A DNA stretch of 63,491 nt, the filler included, from Octopus bimaculoides (lineage: Eukaryota): the NCBI RefSeq assembly GCF_001194135.2. It is 5 parts of 3 records of this genome, joined end to end, with 100 filler letters (N's around TTAATTAATTAA, not from the genome) between each part and the next. Parts side by side here need not be neighbours in the genome. Positions count along the whole stretch, not along the records: positions 1 to 30,820 come from NC_068982.1; positions 30,921 to 49,831 come from NC_068996.1; 3 more parts are not named here. One strand, written 5' to 3'. The notes below the pieces were generated by a model. That model had not been told where the DNA came from. It did not search any database and saw only the letters and a program-made list of their open reading frames with translations. The translations under genes and the position numbers were made by a program. The number at the start of each line of letters is the position of its first letter. Positions within the stretch are counted from its first letter, which is position 1. Below are positions 24,315-36,268 of the stretch, piece by piece.

Positions 24315-24480
24315 GAATTCCTTCTATTATAGGCACAAGCTCTGAAATTTTGGAGGAGTAGGCTAGTCGATTACGTGGACCCCAGTGCTTAACTGGTACT
24401 TGTTTCATCGACTCCGAATGGAGGAAAAGCAAAGTTGACACCTCGGTGGAATTTGAACGCAGAAGATAAAGATGGACGAA
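24315..24480 (-). mobile_element. SINE family B
   Basis: TTCTATTATAGGCACAAG...AGTCGATTACGTGGACCCCAGTG...GCAAAGTTGACACCTCGGTGGAATTTGAAC. Confidence 0.75.
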
Positions 24481-24501
24481 ATAATAATAAATAATAATAA
24501 T

Positions 24502-24600
24502 AGTGCTTGGAACTGCTCGAATGCTCCGGATGGTGCTCGAAAAGTAAGGGATGTTACCTTCTTTCACCAGTAGCGAACAGCTGGCACCGCAGTACATCAA
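24502..24600 (+). mobile_element. Short 3' end of an R4/Dong-like LINE embedded in (TAA)n
   Basis: TGCTTGGAACTGCTCGAATGCTCCGGATGGTGCTCGAAAAGTAAGGG matches the 3' end at 44440-44530. TAA repeats lie on both sides. Confidence 0.7.
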
Positions 24601-25028
24601 TAAATAATAATTTCATGTTTTAGCCGCAGGGATGTAGTTGAGGAGACAATAATAATAATAATAATGAATTTAGGGAAATAAGTCAAAAGACCCAAAAGTA
24701 TGAATTTGGATAATTAAGGTGATGGATTGATTGAGGTAACAATAAGCTCATTCTATATTGAAATTTCCTCCTGAATTTCAAGAAGAATTTATTCTGGTCA
24801 ACATTCATTACATTATCCTTTAACTTAATCACTCAAATTCGTTTCATTGGCAGCTTTGAGTTATTTCGCTTAGTGATACATACATACATACATACATACA
24901 TACATACATACATACACACACACACATACATACGTACGTATATGTGTGAGCGTGTGTGTATGAATGTATGTATATGTACTCGCACACGCGATCACACATG
25001 TACGTCTGCATACTTTCACACAACACGT

Positions 25029-25086
<58 letters not shown>

Positions 25087-25844
25087 GCGTGTATGTGCAT
25101 GTGTGTGCGCGCACGCGCGTATGATTCTATGTTACTAAGCACTTTGGTACGCCCACCTGAAAACTTAGTTCTTAAAATACCTCGCTGGTTTGTCATCAAT
25201 CCTATCTTTACTCTTTCATTATTACAGTCAATGACTATATTCAGGTGGACACGTCTATTATACACAACGCTGGCCATTTAGAGACAGATGACATTCTTGA
25301 CCAACTATCTATCCCAGTAGCAACCCGGCCCACCAGATTAAACAGTCACTCCGACGTCAGTCCGACTGATCGAAGAGATTTAACTGCTTGCTAGCATTCG
25401 GCACTCGCTTAGCTCTTATAAATGAACACTACACTTCCCTCCCGCCTCTTTCGATGTTCCGAACCACGTAAACATTAATTAAGTTAGTGTGAACATAGTT
25501 AATGTAGTGTGTAGCAAATATCTAATTAGAAGAAATACTTATGCAGTGAGGAAAAGACAAAAATTACTTTTAATCATTTCGGTGACGACGGGAGATAACT
25601 CCGAGTCGTACTTTATTGAATCTTGTCACCGACGGATAGACCAATTTGAAAACATTAAGTGTTGTCTCCTATGTCTTGCTTACTTGGTTGTTTGTTCATT
25701 TTGGTCTCTCAGAAACTATTGGAAGAGAGGAAATCTTCCACCTCTTCATCAAAAATTGCTATATAGAACTGGGGTGGGTAAAGAAAAAAGGCAAAATAAA
25801 ACGTTTTGCTATTTGTTGAAAAAAATCTTTTTTTTTTTCCTTTT

Positions 25845-26002
25845 GCACGTGGCTGTGTGGTAAGAAGTTTGCTTCCAAGCCACATAGTTCCAGTTTCAGT
25901 CCCACTACGTGGTACCTTGGGCAAGTGTCTTCTGCTATAGCCTCGGGCCGCCTAAATCCTTAAGTGGATTTGGTAGATAGAAACTGAAAGAAGCCCGTCG
26001 TA
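25845..26002 (+). mobile_element. SINE family A, 5' half
   Basis: GTGGCTGTGTGGTAAGAAG...ACCTTGGGCAAGTGTCTTC...GAAACTGAAAGAAGCCCGTCGTATA. Confidence 0.85.
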
Positions 26003-26237
26003 TATATATATATATATATATATACAGACATAGGGTAAAAATTAATAATTAATTGATAATTAGTAATTTTACCAAGTAGTTCGGTGTGTTAAAAACCATT
26101 ATCGGTAAATATATAAATATAATTTAAAATTTAGGGTTCAGCAAGTATTGCTTCACCACACACCGAATATTAGAAATAGCCGCCAAAAACTACTATTTCT
26201 CTACTAAAATATGACTCCCAAAATGATACAAGTGATA

Positions 26238-26511
26238 TAAGTAAACGAATGAAATAAGGCAATAAATACGTAAACAGATATATAGAGAGAAATAAATGAA
26301 TAATAATAGATGAGTGTACAGATACTAACTCTTACAGCCGTTTCTACCATGAGTTATATCACTGATGTGATGAGGATAACTTGGAAGATTTGATGCCTTA
26401 TGGTAGAAACGGCTGTAAGAGTTAGTATCTGTACACTCATCTATTATTATTCATTTATTTCTCTCTATATATCTGTTTGCGTATTTATTGCCTTATTTTA
26501 TTCGTTTACTT
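26238..26511. repeat. Fold-back inverted repeat (~112-bp arms, 49-bp spacer)
   Basis: 26238-26350 is the reverse complement of 26400-26511 with about 2 mismatches. Each arm carries GAAACGGCTGTAAGAGT. Confidence 0.85.
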
Positions 26512-26654
26512 GTATCACTTACACATATGTTTGTAATCAATTAATAAATAGATATAATTGAATGTTTACTGGCTGATGTTTATCGATTGTATATCCTCTC
26601 CATTTTCTTATTTGCTTTNNNNNNNNNNNNNNNNNNNNNNNNNNNNNNNNTATA

Positions 26655-26885
26655 TTGGTGATCCTTCTGTCCGGCATTCGCCATGATAGATCGCTGACCA
26701 CTACATTTATATTTTATTTCTCCTTGTTTCTCTCCTTATTTCTTTCTGTGTTCCTTTCAGTTGAAGAGCGTAGCTCGAAACGTCAAAGAATTTTTCTATT
26801 CCCGAGCGTTAAACTAATACATCCATTTGTTGTTTACATCACCTGTCTTCGTCTGTTGTTTTTTTCGTAAATTCTCCCATATATA
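26655..26885 (+). mobile_element. Penelope pLTR/retrozyme-like element (family D), copy 1
   Basis: Homologous along its length to 43385-43600 and contains a hammerhead-like motif. Confidence 0.6.
26754..26788 (+). ncRNA. Minimal hammerhead-like motif, variant core
   Basis: CTTT-C(AGT)TGAAGA-GCGTAGCTC-GAAACGTC-AAAG, with stem I CTTT/AAAG, palindromic ACGT helix III and a GUC triplet. Confidence 0.5.
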
Positions 26886-26889
26886 TATT

Positions 26890-28590
26890 TGTATTCATTT
26901 AGAGTAGTGCCGACCATCTCGATTTCCGAGATGTCCGACACTATCACGGTGACGTCGTCCGCATACGCCGACACCAACCTTTCGCATCCCAGTTCACACA
27001 GGATGCCCCTCGAAACCTCCAGCTTCTGTAATAATGGCTCGAACGCTAGTACGTAGAGAAGGGGTGAGAGTGGGCATCTTTCACGGAACGAACGCGGAAT
27101 ACTGAACGATTCCGAAAGGTGGCCATTTACTTTGACCACCGAACAGATGTCGCTGTACATTGCAGCGATCCAGCCTCTGAAAACGGGACCGAAACCAGCC
27201 GCCTTGAGGACAGCCTCCAAGTACAGATGGTTGACCCTATCAAAAGCTTTTGATTGATCCGAATGGATCAGGGCCCCATCCATGCCAGTTTCTTTACCAA
27301 TCCTCTCTATGATGTATCACGTAAGGTGGAGGTTGTCGTGTATAGTTCTGCTGGGGATACGCCAAGTATGCGCATCACCCCCCAGTCTGTCAACAACAAG
27401 CGCCCATCCTCTTTGCTAACACTTTGGCCAAAATTTTGTAATCTGTATTTAGCAGAGTTACCGGCTTAAAGTTATAAACAATGTCCCCCTTGTTCGGATC
27501 CTTTCTCAGTAGCATCAACACATCTCGGCTCACAGATCTGGTAATTCTCCCGACCTGCTACCAGTTGCGGTAGACGTCTCCCAAAAGCTCACCAAATAAG
27601 TCTGACATGTGTATAAAAACCTCCACGGGCAGACCATCCAATCCCGGAGACCTCTCCCTCGTGCAACGAGCCAATGCGTCACGTATGTCAGCTGTTATCG
27701 GCATGTCGCAGAACGCCACATTCCTGGCCTAAAGTCGCGGCAGACCATCAAGGAAGGAAGTGAAATTCACCTCCACCTCCGGACCACCGCGCGCCCCGTA
27801 CAGTTCAGCAAAGTACCGCTGAAATTCCGCACAAATGTGCTTCGACTCGTGTAACATGCGTCCGTCCTGACCCCTCAAAGAACGAACTGTAGTTGTATTA
27901 CCATGTTGCACCTCGGCTACCTGGGCCCATCGAACAGTTTTCGTTCCCTCCTGCTTCAGAGTACGCGCCCTAACTCTGACAATGCAACCTTCATGCTTGG
28001 TGTTGAAGAACTGGTTCAGAACCAATCTCGCTGCATGTCGGTCGCTATGCCTCTACTCAGTGCCTCTTCTAATTTCCTAAGTGTCCCTCTACTCTAATCT
28101 TCTCTATCGCTAGTTCTCTGCTTCTCCAATCACCCGCTTTTGAGTTATTCACCATCGGTTGTTGACAACTGCACCCGTCAACATTCGATGAACTAACTTG
28201 TTAAGCCGATCTCTGAAAGTTTGACGCGCCGAGAAGGATGCGTTCAGCTTCAAGTTTCCGGGTCTCTGCCTATGGAGCCTATCAAGTTCAACCGTACAGA
28301 TCTCAAAAATTTGTGGTCTGTGTAGTTGACGAATTCAAATTGTGGACAACCTATGCTATTCCTATCTGCTGGCCTACAAAATACCTTATTTAGATAAGAT
28401 CTGGATGATCCGACGCTATTTGCTCATGTTCATATTGGGGCATCCAGGTAATCCAGTCTGAACCTGTCAGCCAGTTGGAAACGACTGAGCAGGTTTGCGA
28501 GGCTTGCGCACACCGTTTTCCTATCCGCTAGCCCCACCCAATCCACACGTGTATCCAAAATGGCGTTCCAATCTCCTACTAACAACACTA
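26890..28590 (-). mobile_element. L1/Tx1-clade LINE fragment (APE endonuclease end, linker, RT)
   Basis: RT motifs DQSKAFDRVNH, CPLSPLLYVLAFEP and SAYADDVTV (YADD at 26954-26965). Upstream are the linker VRVRAR..., LKLNAS and an endonuclease-like TWANSVGSSRSYL segment. Multiple stops and frameshifts. Confidence 0.9.
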
Positions 28591-29574
28591 AAGAGTGAGA
28601 CATCCCTAGAAAGGCCTCCAGGCAGCTAAACTTGAGAAAAAAAAAATCTTAGATAATAATATTGTCATGCTTACTGATTCAATTTGCAAAATGAGGGTAA
28701 GATTTCTTTTACATTTGTCTAAAAACTTCCTATTTTCAAGAATATTATTTAAATTTTTGGTATTGTAACCAAAAGTACTAATAATCACAAAAACAAACGT
28801 ATTCCATTATGTGTTCAAAATGTATCTATTAGTGCGGCCTCAATATAGGCACGCAAGTTTATAAGGGTATGTGATAGGAACTGGATTTTAAGGATTTCAA
28901 TATTTCAGCTATGCAGTGTTTGTTTTAGGCATAGAAAATTTGTTGTAATTACTAATAACTTGTAGGCGCACGGTATTTCGTTACGCAACCATAATATACT
29001 ACAAAGTTTATAAAACGTTTTTATAAGTCAATACTGTGTACTACTGTGTTAACAGTGCACTTAAATCACGTATTAATGTCTGTAATTTTGTCGTAAGAAA
29101 GGGAAACTCGCTACGGGACGAGCAGATAACAAAAGGAAAATTCAGAGGAAGAACTAAGGGAACCCATTTTGATCATGACTTCTTTGTGTCCCCCGGCTGC
29201 TTTTTGAAATGACACCTTTGGCGGGGATTGAACTTGTAAATATTGTATTACGTATCGAAACGAGAAGTTGCTTTGACAAAAAGTAACCAAGTCTAATTAT
29301 ACAACGCGTCACATAGCACAGAATTAAAATCTAGGTTTTGCTGTAAAAATATTTTCTGTAAAATAAACAACAAAAATATGAAGTTAATGGAAGCATATGA
29401 TTAAGAACTAGACTTTTCATGAGTTAGGGTGTACTTAGACTCGCCTTAAATGCCAAAATACCCGAGTTTTGTGCTTTCAGATCTAGTCGTAGATATCTCA
29501 CAGGCATAGTACTGTTGACTATAGAATGCTTAATTTAAAGAGAATTACAGTGACTGCTGCTTTCTGTCTCTCAC

Positions 29575-29620
29575 TCCCTTTCTCTATCATAACCTCTCTC
29601 CCTTTCTCTCTCTCTCTCTC

Positions 29621-29687
<67 letters not shown>

Positions 29688-29710
29688 TTCTCTTTCTCCC
29701 TCTCTCCTCT
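29575..29710. repeat. (CT)n microsatellite
   Basis: Direct. Confidence 0.9.
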
Positions 29711-29799
29711 CCAATTCAGTAAGGAGCATGCATTAAGCAGTGTATCTGTGAATGTGTTGTACGGTTGAGTAAGGGGCGTATATATGCATTATTATGTCA

Positions 29800-29850
<51 letters not shown>

Positions 29851-29851
29851 A

Positions 29852-29887
<36 letters not shown>

Positions 29888-29977
29888 GTGCGTGTGTGTA
29901 TACACATACATATGTACATCACACTAAAGCCCTAAAATCAAGTGGATTAAGGAAGAACTGCAATAAGTTTTAAAAAT

Positions 29978-30030
<53 letters not shown>

Positions 30031-30788
30031 TATGCATGTGTAAGCAATGAGTGTGTATAAGTGTGTTTGTAAATCTGAACTACATATGTAAACGTGTGTA
30101 TGTGTGTGTCTGTGTGTCTATGTGTGTGTGTGTGTGTGTGTAGCTTAGCAGCACATTTATAGCACAAATGCATGTGCACGCAACCCTAACATTTACATTA
30201 GTAAGAATTTATCTGGCATAAGTATTTCTCTTCTCACATTTAACCAACACCACCACCACCACCACCACCACGAAGCACCCAGCATTCACCGCTATCACCA
30301 CGACCACCCGCACCCTTTACTCATCGCCATGAACTCCATCATTCCACTAGTGGTCTTACCACCAACATCACCACTGCCACCACCATCACTGACATTATAT
30401 GATCATTACTACCAACAACATTACAACGACAGGATCTATTTCAAAACGGGGGCACCAGTATTTTCTTAACGAAACACTAACGAAACACTTTGAAACTTGG
30501 GACACTGGTAGAATGTGTCATATAAAACATCTTTTACTCTTAGTCTTCTTAACAAAAAACGTACATCGCAAGTTATTCCATGTTAAAGTTGTCGTATTTC
30601 TGTAATTTCAACCAATCACTGACGTCTATTCAGCTGAATAGAGTTACTGCTGGGCGGTCATAAAAATGTTATTCCCTGTGACATATTTCATCCGGTTTAA
30701 TCGTAATTTATACGCATATATTGTTTATATAATAAATTACGCTGTGCGTATCTATGTGTGTAACAATTTTAGAGTTCGGATTCTAGAG

Positions 30789-30820
30789 TTAGGGTTAGTT
30801 TTAGGGTTAGGGTTAGGGTT
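30789..30820 (+). repeat. Interstitial (TTAGGG)n telomere-type repeat at contig edge
   Basis: TTAGGGTTAGTTTTAGGGTTAGGGTTAGGGTT, then gap. Confidence 0.8.
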
Positions 30821-30920
30821 NNNNNNNNNNNNNNNNNNNNNNNNNNNNNNNNNNNNNNNNNNNNTTAATTAATTAANNNNNNNNNNNNNNNNNNNNNNNN
30901 NNNNNNNNNNNNNNNNNNNN

Positions 30921-30967
<47 letters not shown>

Positions 30968-31004
30968 TACGCAAGTGTGTGTATGTGTGTGTGTTTGTGC
31001 GCAC

Positions 31005-31147
31005 GCGTTGGCTTAGCTATATCATAAGAAGTTTGATTCCCAAACATGCTTTCGGGTTCAATCTCACGGCGTTACACGCTGGCCTGACCAAAGTTTTGTG
31101 AGTAGATTGTGTAGACGGAAACTGAAAGGAGCTCGTTATATGTCATA

Positions 31148-31210
<63 letters not shown>

Positions 31211-31420
31211 GACTATGTATGTGTGTGCGTCTTTGTGCTTGTATATGCGCTCCACAACCGCTTGACAACCGGTGTAGATTTGTTTACATCCCCGTAACCT
31301 AACAACTCGGCTAAAGAAACTGATAAAACACACAAAAAAATAAAAAATCCGGGCTTGATTTGTTCAACTAAATTCATCAAGATATGATCGCAGTCCAATG
31401 ATTAAAACAAATAAAAGATG
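31005..31420 (+). mobile_element. SINE family A with central (TATC)n
   Basis: GACCAAAGTTTTGTGAGTAGATTGTGTAGACGGAAACTGAAAGG...CGCTTGACAACCGGTG...CAAATAAAAGA. Confidence 0.75.
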
Positions 31421-31502
31421 AAAAGTTAGATATACATATATATATAGAGAGAGAGAGACAGACAAACAGACAAATAGGCAGACTGCTAGACAAATAAATA
31501 GA

Positions 31503-31583
<81 letters not shown>

Positions 31584-32962
31584 TGATAAATAGATAGAAT
31601 TTACCGAAATATTGTAGTATTTTTAGTTCCGATTCATTAAACATATTTCGTTTCGCTTTTGACATTTCGTAACATTTTTATTTTCAGATTTTTATTTATG
31701 TCTTTTTTTTAGTTTTATTTTATTTTTTTTCTATATATTTAGTCAGTTTTCTCAGCNNNNNNNNNNNNNNNNNNNNNNNNNNNNNNNNNNNNNNNNNNNN
31801 NNNNNNNNNNNNNNNNNNNNNNNNNNNNNNNNNNNNNNNNNNNNNNNNNNNNNNNNNNNNNNNNNNNNNNNNNNNNNNNNNNNNNNNNNNNNNNNNNNNN
31901 NNNNNNNNNNNNNNNNNNNNNNNNNNNNNNNNNNNNNNNNNNNNNNNNNNNNNNNNNNNNNNNNNNNNNNNNNNNNNNNNNNNNNNNNNNNNNNNNNNNN
32001 NNNNNNNNNNNNNNNNNNNNNNNNNNNNNNNNNNNNNNNNNNNNNNNNNNNNNNNNNNNNNNNNNNNNNNNNNNNNNNNNNNNNNNNNNNNNNNNNNNNN
32101 NNNNNNNNNNNNNNNNNNNNNNNNNNNNNNNNNNNNNNNNNNNNNNNNNNNNNNNNNNNNNNNNNNNNNNNNNNNNNNNNNNNNNNNNNNNNNNNNNNNN
32201 NNNNAACCCAGAAAGATAAAAAAAAAGCAAAAAAGCAAAGCGAATACTAACTAGGTATCGATTTGTTTGACTAAACTTTTGAAGGTGATGGATGCCCCAG
32301 CATGACCGCAGGTCAATGACCAAACTGAGTAAAAAGTAAAAGACATACTGACCATTGTCTGTGATTGGAATTTTATTTGCAGAAACTGCGCTGACACGCC
32401 GCGCGCGGGCATGTGTATGTTTATGTACGTGTGTGTACGTGTGTGTGTATGTGTGTGTGTGTGTGTGCGTGTGTGTGTGCGTGTGATTGAATACTCATTC
32501 GCGCGTGCGCGCACACACAAATAAAAGGAAAATGAACCAAGAGAAATAACTCGGTGAGGACAATGGCATGCATTTGAACAGCAAAAACGAATAACAGTGT
32601 ATGAAATAACGTACAAGGTACATTCTTGATTTATTGGGAAAATATCTCCGTTTCCAGACCGATGAAAACAACTGCCTGGTGTGAATTTGATATTATCTCC
32701 AAATGAGGAAGGGAGATAATCCGAAGAATCGATCGTTCTCCACATGCCACTTGCTACTTCGAGTTATTTCTCTTAGTTCATTTTAGGTCATAATTGTGTT
32801 CGGCTCTGTTCTTGTATATTATATATCAGAGTGTCTCGTCTGCCGAACGTAAAATAGAACAATTGCTGTGCTGATGACGCTTATTGAGCCAGAAATAAGT
32901 ATCATCAGCTATTGTGCTTGTCTGCATGTCAATTTCAATTTTGGAGAATTTCTTTAGTTCAA

Positions 32963-33068
32963 GCGATTGGTCTACACTATTTGGCCACGTATATAATTTC
33001 AGTAAATTTCAGATAATTCATCCCGCTGCGCGCGATTGGTCTACACTATTTGGCCACGTATATAATTT
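32963..33068. repeat. 69-bp tandem repeat running into a gap
   Basis: GCGATTGGTCTACACTATTTGGCCACGTATATAATTT starts at 32963 and again at 33032. Confidence 0.7.
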
Positions 33069-33819
33069 NNNNNNNNNNNNNNNNNNNNNNNNNNNNNNNN
33101 NNNNNNNNNNNNNNNNNNNNNNNNNNNNNNNNNNNNNNNNNNNNNNNNNNNNNNNNNNNNNNNNNNNNNNNNNNNNNNNNNNNNNNNNNNNNNNNNNNNN
33201 NNNNNNNNNNNNNNNNNNNNNNNNNNNNNNNNNNNNNNNNNNNNNNNNNNNNNNNNNNNNNNNNNNNNNNNNNNNNNNNNNNNNNNNNNNNNNNNNNNNN
33301 NNNNNNNNNNNNNNNNNNNNNNNNNNNNNNNNNNNNNNNNNNNNNNNNNNNNNNNNNNNNNNNNNNNNNNNNNNNNNNNNNNNNNNNNNNNNNNNNNNNN
33401 NNNNNNNNNNNNNNNNNNNNNNNNNNNNNNNNNNNNNNNNNNNNNNNNNNNNNNNNNNNNNNNNNNNNNNNNNNNNNNNNNNNNNNNNNNNNNNNNNNNN
33501 NNNNNNNNNNNNNNNNNNNNNNNNNNNNNNNNNNNNNNNNNNNNNNNNNNNNNNNNNNNNNNNNNNNNNNNNNNNNNNNNNNNNNNNNNNNNNNNNNNNN
33601 NNNNNNNNNNNNNNNNNNNNNNNNNNNNNNNNNNNNNNNNNNNNNNNNNNNNNNNNNNNNNNNNNNNNNNNNNNNNNNNNNNNNNNNNNNNNNNNNNNNN
33701 NNNNNNNNNNNNNNNNNNNNNNNNNNNNNNNNNNNNNNNNNNNNNNNNNNNNNNNNACGTGTGGCACACTGTGCCCTGGTTCAGGCAATATCAATTTGAT
33801 CGATATTGCCTGTATATGT

Positions 33820-34200
33820 ATATGTGTGTGAGAGTGTGTGTGTGTGTGTGAGAGAGTGTGTGTGTGTGTGAGAGAGTGTGTGTGTGTGTGTGTGAGAGAG
33901 TGTGTGTGTGAGAGTGTGTGTGTGAGAGAGAGTATGTGTGTGTGAGAAAGTGTGTGTGTGTGAGAGCGTGTGTGTGAGAGAGAGTGTGTATGTGTGAGAG
34001 AGTGTGTGTGAGTGTGTGTGTGTGTGTGAGAGCGTGGGTGTGTGTGTGTGAGAGTATGTGCGTAAGAGTGTGTGTGTGAGGGTGTGTGTGTGAGAGAGTG
34101 TGTGTGTGAGGGTGTGTGTGAGAGAGAGTGTGTGTATGTGTGAGAGTGTGTATGAGAGTGTATATGTGAGTGTGTGTGTGTGTGAGAGAGAGAGAGAGAA
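33820..34200. repeat. Compound (GT)n/(GA)n microsatellite
   Basis: Direct. It explains the His/Thr-rich ORFs. Confidence 0.9.
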
Positions 34201-36268
34201 GGAAAGAGAAAGAGAGAGAACATATGTACACATTTATGCATATATACATTCGTACACACACTCACGCACATATACACACACTGCTGACGTATAAATACAT
34301 ATAAGACTGAAATATATAATTTAGTCTATATGATCGGCAAATATGCTTTGAAGTCAGTACTACGGTATGATTGCATACTAACTACGGAAACCATAAAACC
34401 CTTAAGATTATTAATTGCTGGTAGGGACACAATCTTTTGTTTCGGAACTATAATATACTACCAAGTGTATTAAAGGTTTATAATTTAATGTTGTGTCCTG
34501 CTTTTGCGTTAGCAGTGTATTGTTTTCATGCGACTATGTAGACAATATGATCGAAAATAGAAAAATAGGTAATAGGTGTATATGCAGATTTCGGGAGTTA
34601 TTGCTGTTTCATCAGCACCTACCCAACCCATTAACCATCCACAAATACATTGCCTAAATAGCCGCTAAGTTTATCAATGTAACACTAATGGTTAGACCAA
34701 TATACATATTAGACACATTCCTGGAAACTGGTAGGTACATATCAATTGCTGGTAGAGACACAGTCTTTCGTTCTGAAACTATGATATACTATCAAGTATG
34801 TTAAAGTATTATTATAAGTCAATACTGTATCCTAGTAGACATATTCGTATACGAAACGTTGTAACTTTCGGTACTCGCTCTAAACTCTATTGAAAATCTG
34901 TAGATAAACTTAAAAATAAAACAAGATTGTTGACCTACGAGCATCCCAAGCTGCGGGTCAGTTGCATTAAACTCAACAGCGTGGTATGACGCTAAAAATA
35001 GTTATGATGTTTGGACACACTAGCTTGAAAATAAAAGCACAATTTTAATTTTCACCTAACACATAATCTTCTTTTGCCATTGGGAAAATTCCTTGGTAGA
35101 ACTCCAAATTCATATCACTCAACTTTTTTTGCCAGATCTTCAAACAAGAATATAAACAGAAACAAACATTTTTGTTTTGTTTCAAATTTATTCATTTTGC
35201 GTTGAGTTAAGCTAATAGGTTGTTGCTGATCTTTTTTCTTTTCTTTTCCTTGTTTTTCCTTGTTTGTTTTTACTGTTATTATTCTTGTTGGTGACATTAC
35301 TGCCGTCATACATACATACATGCATACTTATCCGGATTACAAATTCACATTTATTCCAATAATAACTGGAGCACTTGGTTTTGTAAGTAATTGCCGAACT
35401 GTCAGTCTGAATAAACTTGGATTTTCAGAAAAAGAAAACCAACCAACTGATTCGCACATTACAAATACAACTTGTAAGCGGAACGGTAAAACTATGTAAG
35501 ACGTTTCTCAGGTTTAAAATGTGACGTTGTTTTAGTTATCTACATTTCAAAGATGGGGATTTTTATCTTTGTTAGAAACCAGCTCCTTCTTCAGAAGAAA
35601 AATTTAAATGATTAAAGAACAGAAGAGACATACATGCATGCATGTATGAATGCATACATACATACATACATATGTGAGTGTGTGTACACACAAACGCATA
35701 AATTATATGTGAAACAACATCGGTATATAGATGCTCATACATGTGTCTATATGTATGAGCTATGTGTGTATATACTTGTATATTTTGCATGTACGCTGCG
35801 GGACACTCCATGGGATCGTCTCTTTTATCAAGGGAATCGAGATGGCATTTTAGGAAAGTGTGAACAGCCTCTCTTGTCTTCTATATCAAATGGATTTTGA
35901 AGTTCTAAGTTCGGTGGCGCAAGCTGAAGTGAGTTACACACCTTCAATGGTTGTGATGGCTGGTAATATCTTGGACAGTTTGTTAACTCCAATCATTGTG
36001 GAATCTTGGATCTCGTATTGACAAGCCGAAACTCTTGTTTCTAGGGGACTATCGTGCTTCAATATCGAAAATACGACCCTTACTGAGATAGGACTGGTTA
36101 GTAAGAGGCAAGTGAGAAAACATGACAACCGATGTTCATTTTTTTATTGTTTTGGAGAGAGAAAAACCATAGGAAGTATGGTATTTACACAAAATACGCT
36201 TTGCGTTTCACTATGATCTAATCGACAGTCTAAATGAACAGGTGTCTGGCATTCGTAGAACATTGATA

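Noticed and set aside
30865-30876. TTAATTAATTAA islands between N-runs (also 49876-49887, 57627-57638, 61502-61513)
   Set aside because: An identical 12-mer isolated inside gaps, with stop codons in all six frames, is a scaffolding or linker artefact, not biology.
33018-34294. His/Thr-, Cys/Val-, poly-Ile and poly-Glu/Arg-rich ORFs here and throughout the window
   Set aside because: They are translations of (CA)n, (GT)n, (AAT)n and (GA)n microsatellites, with no coding signal.
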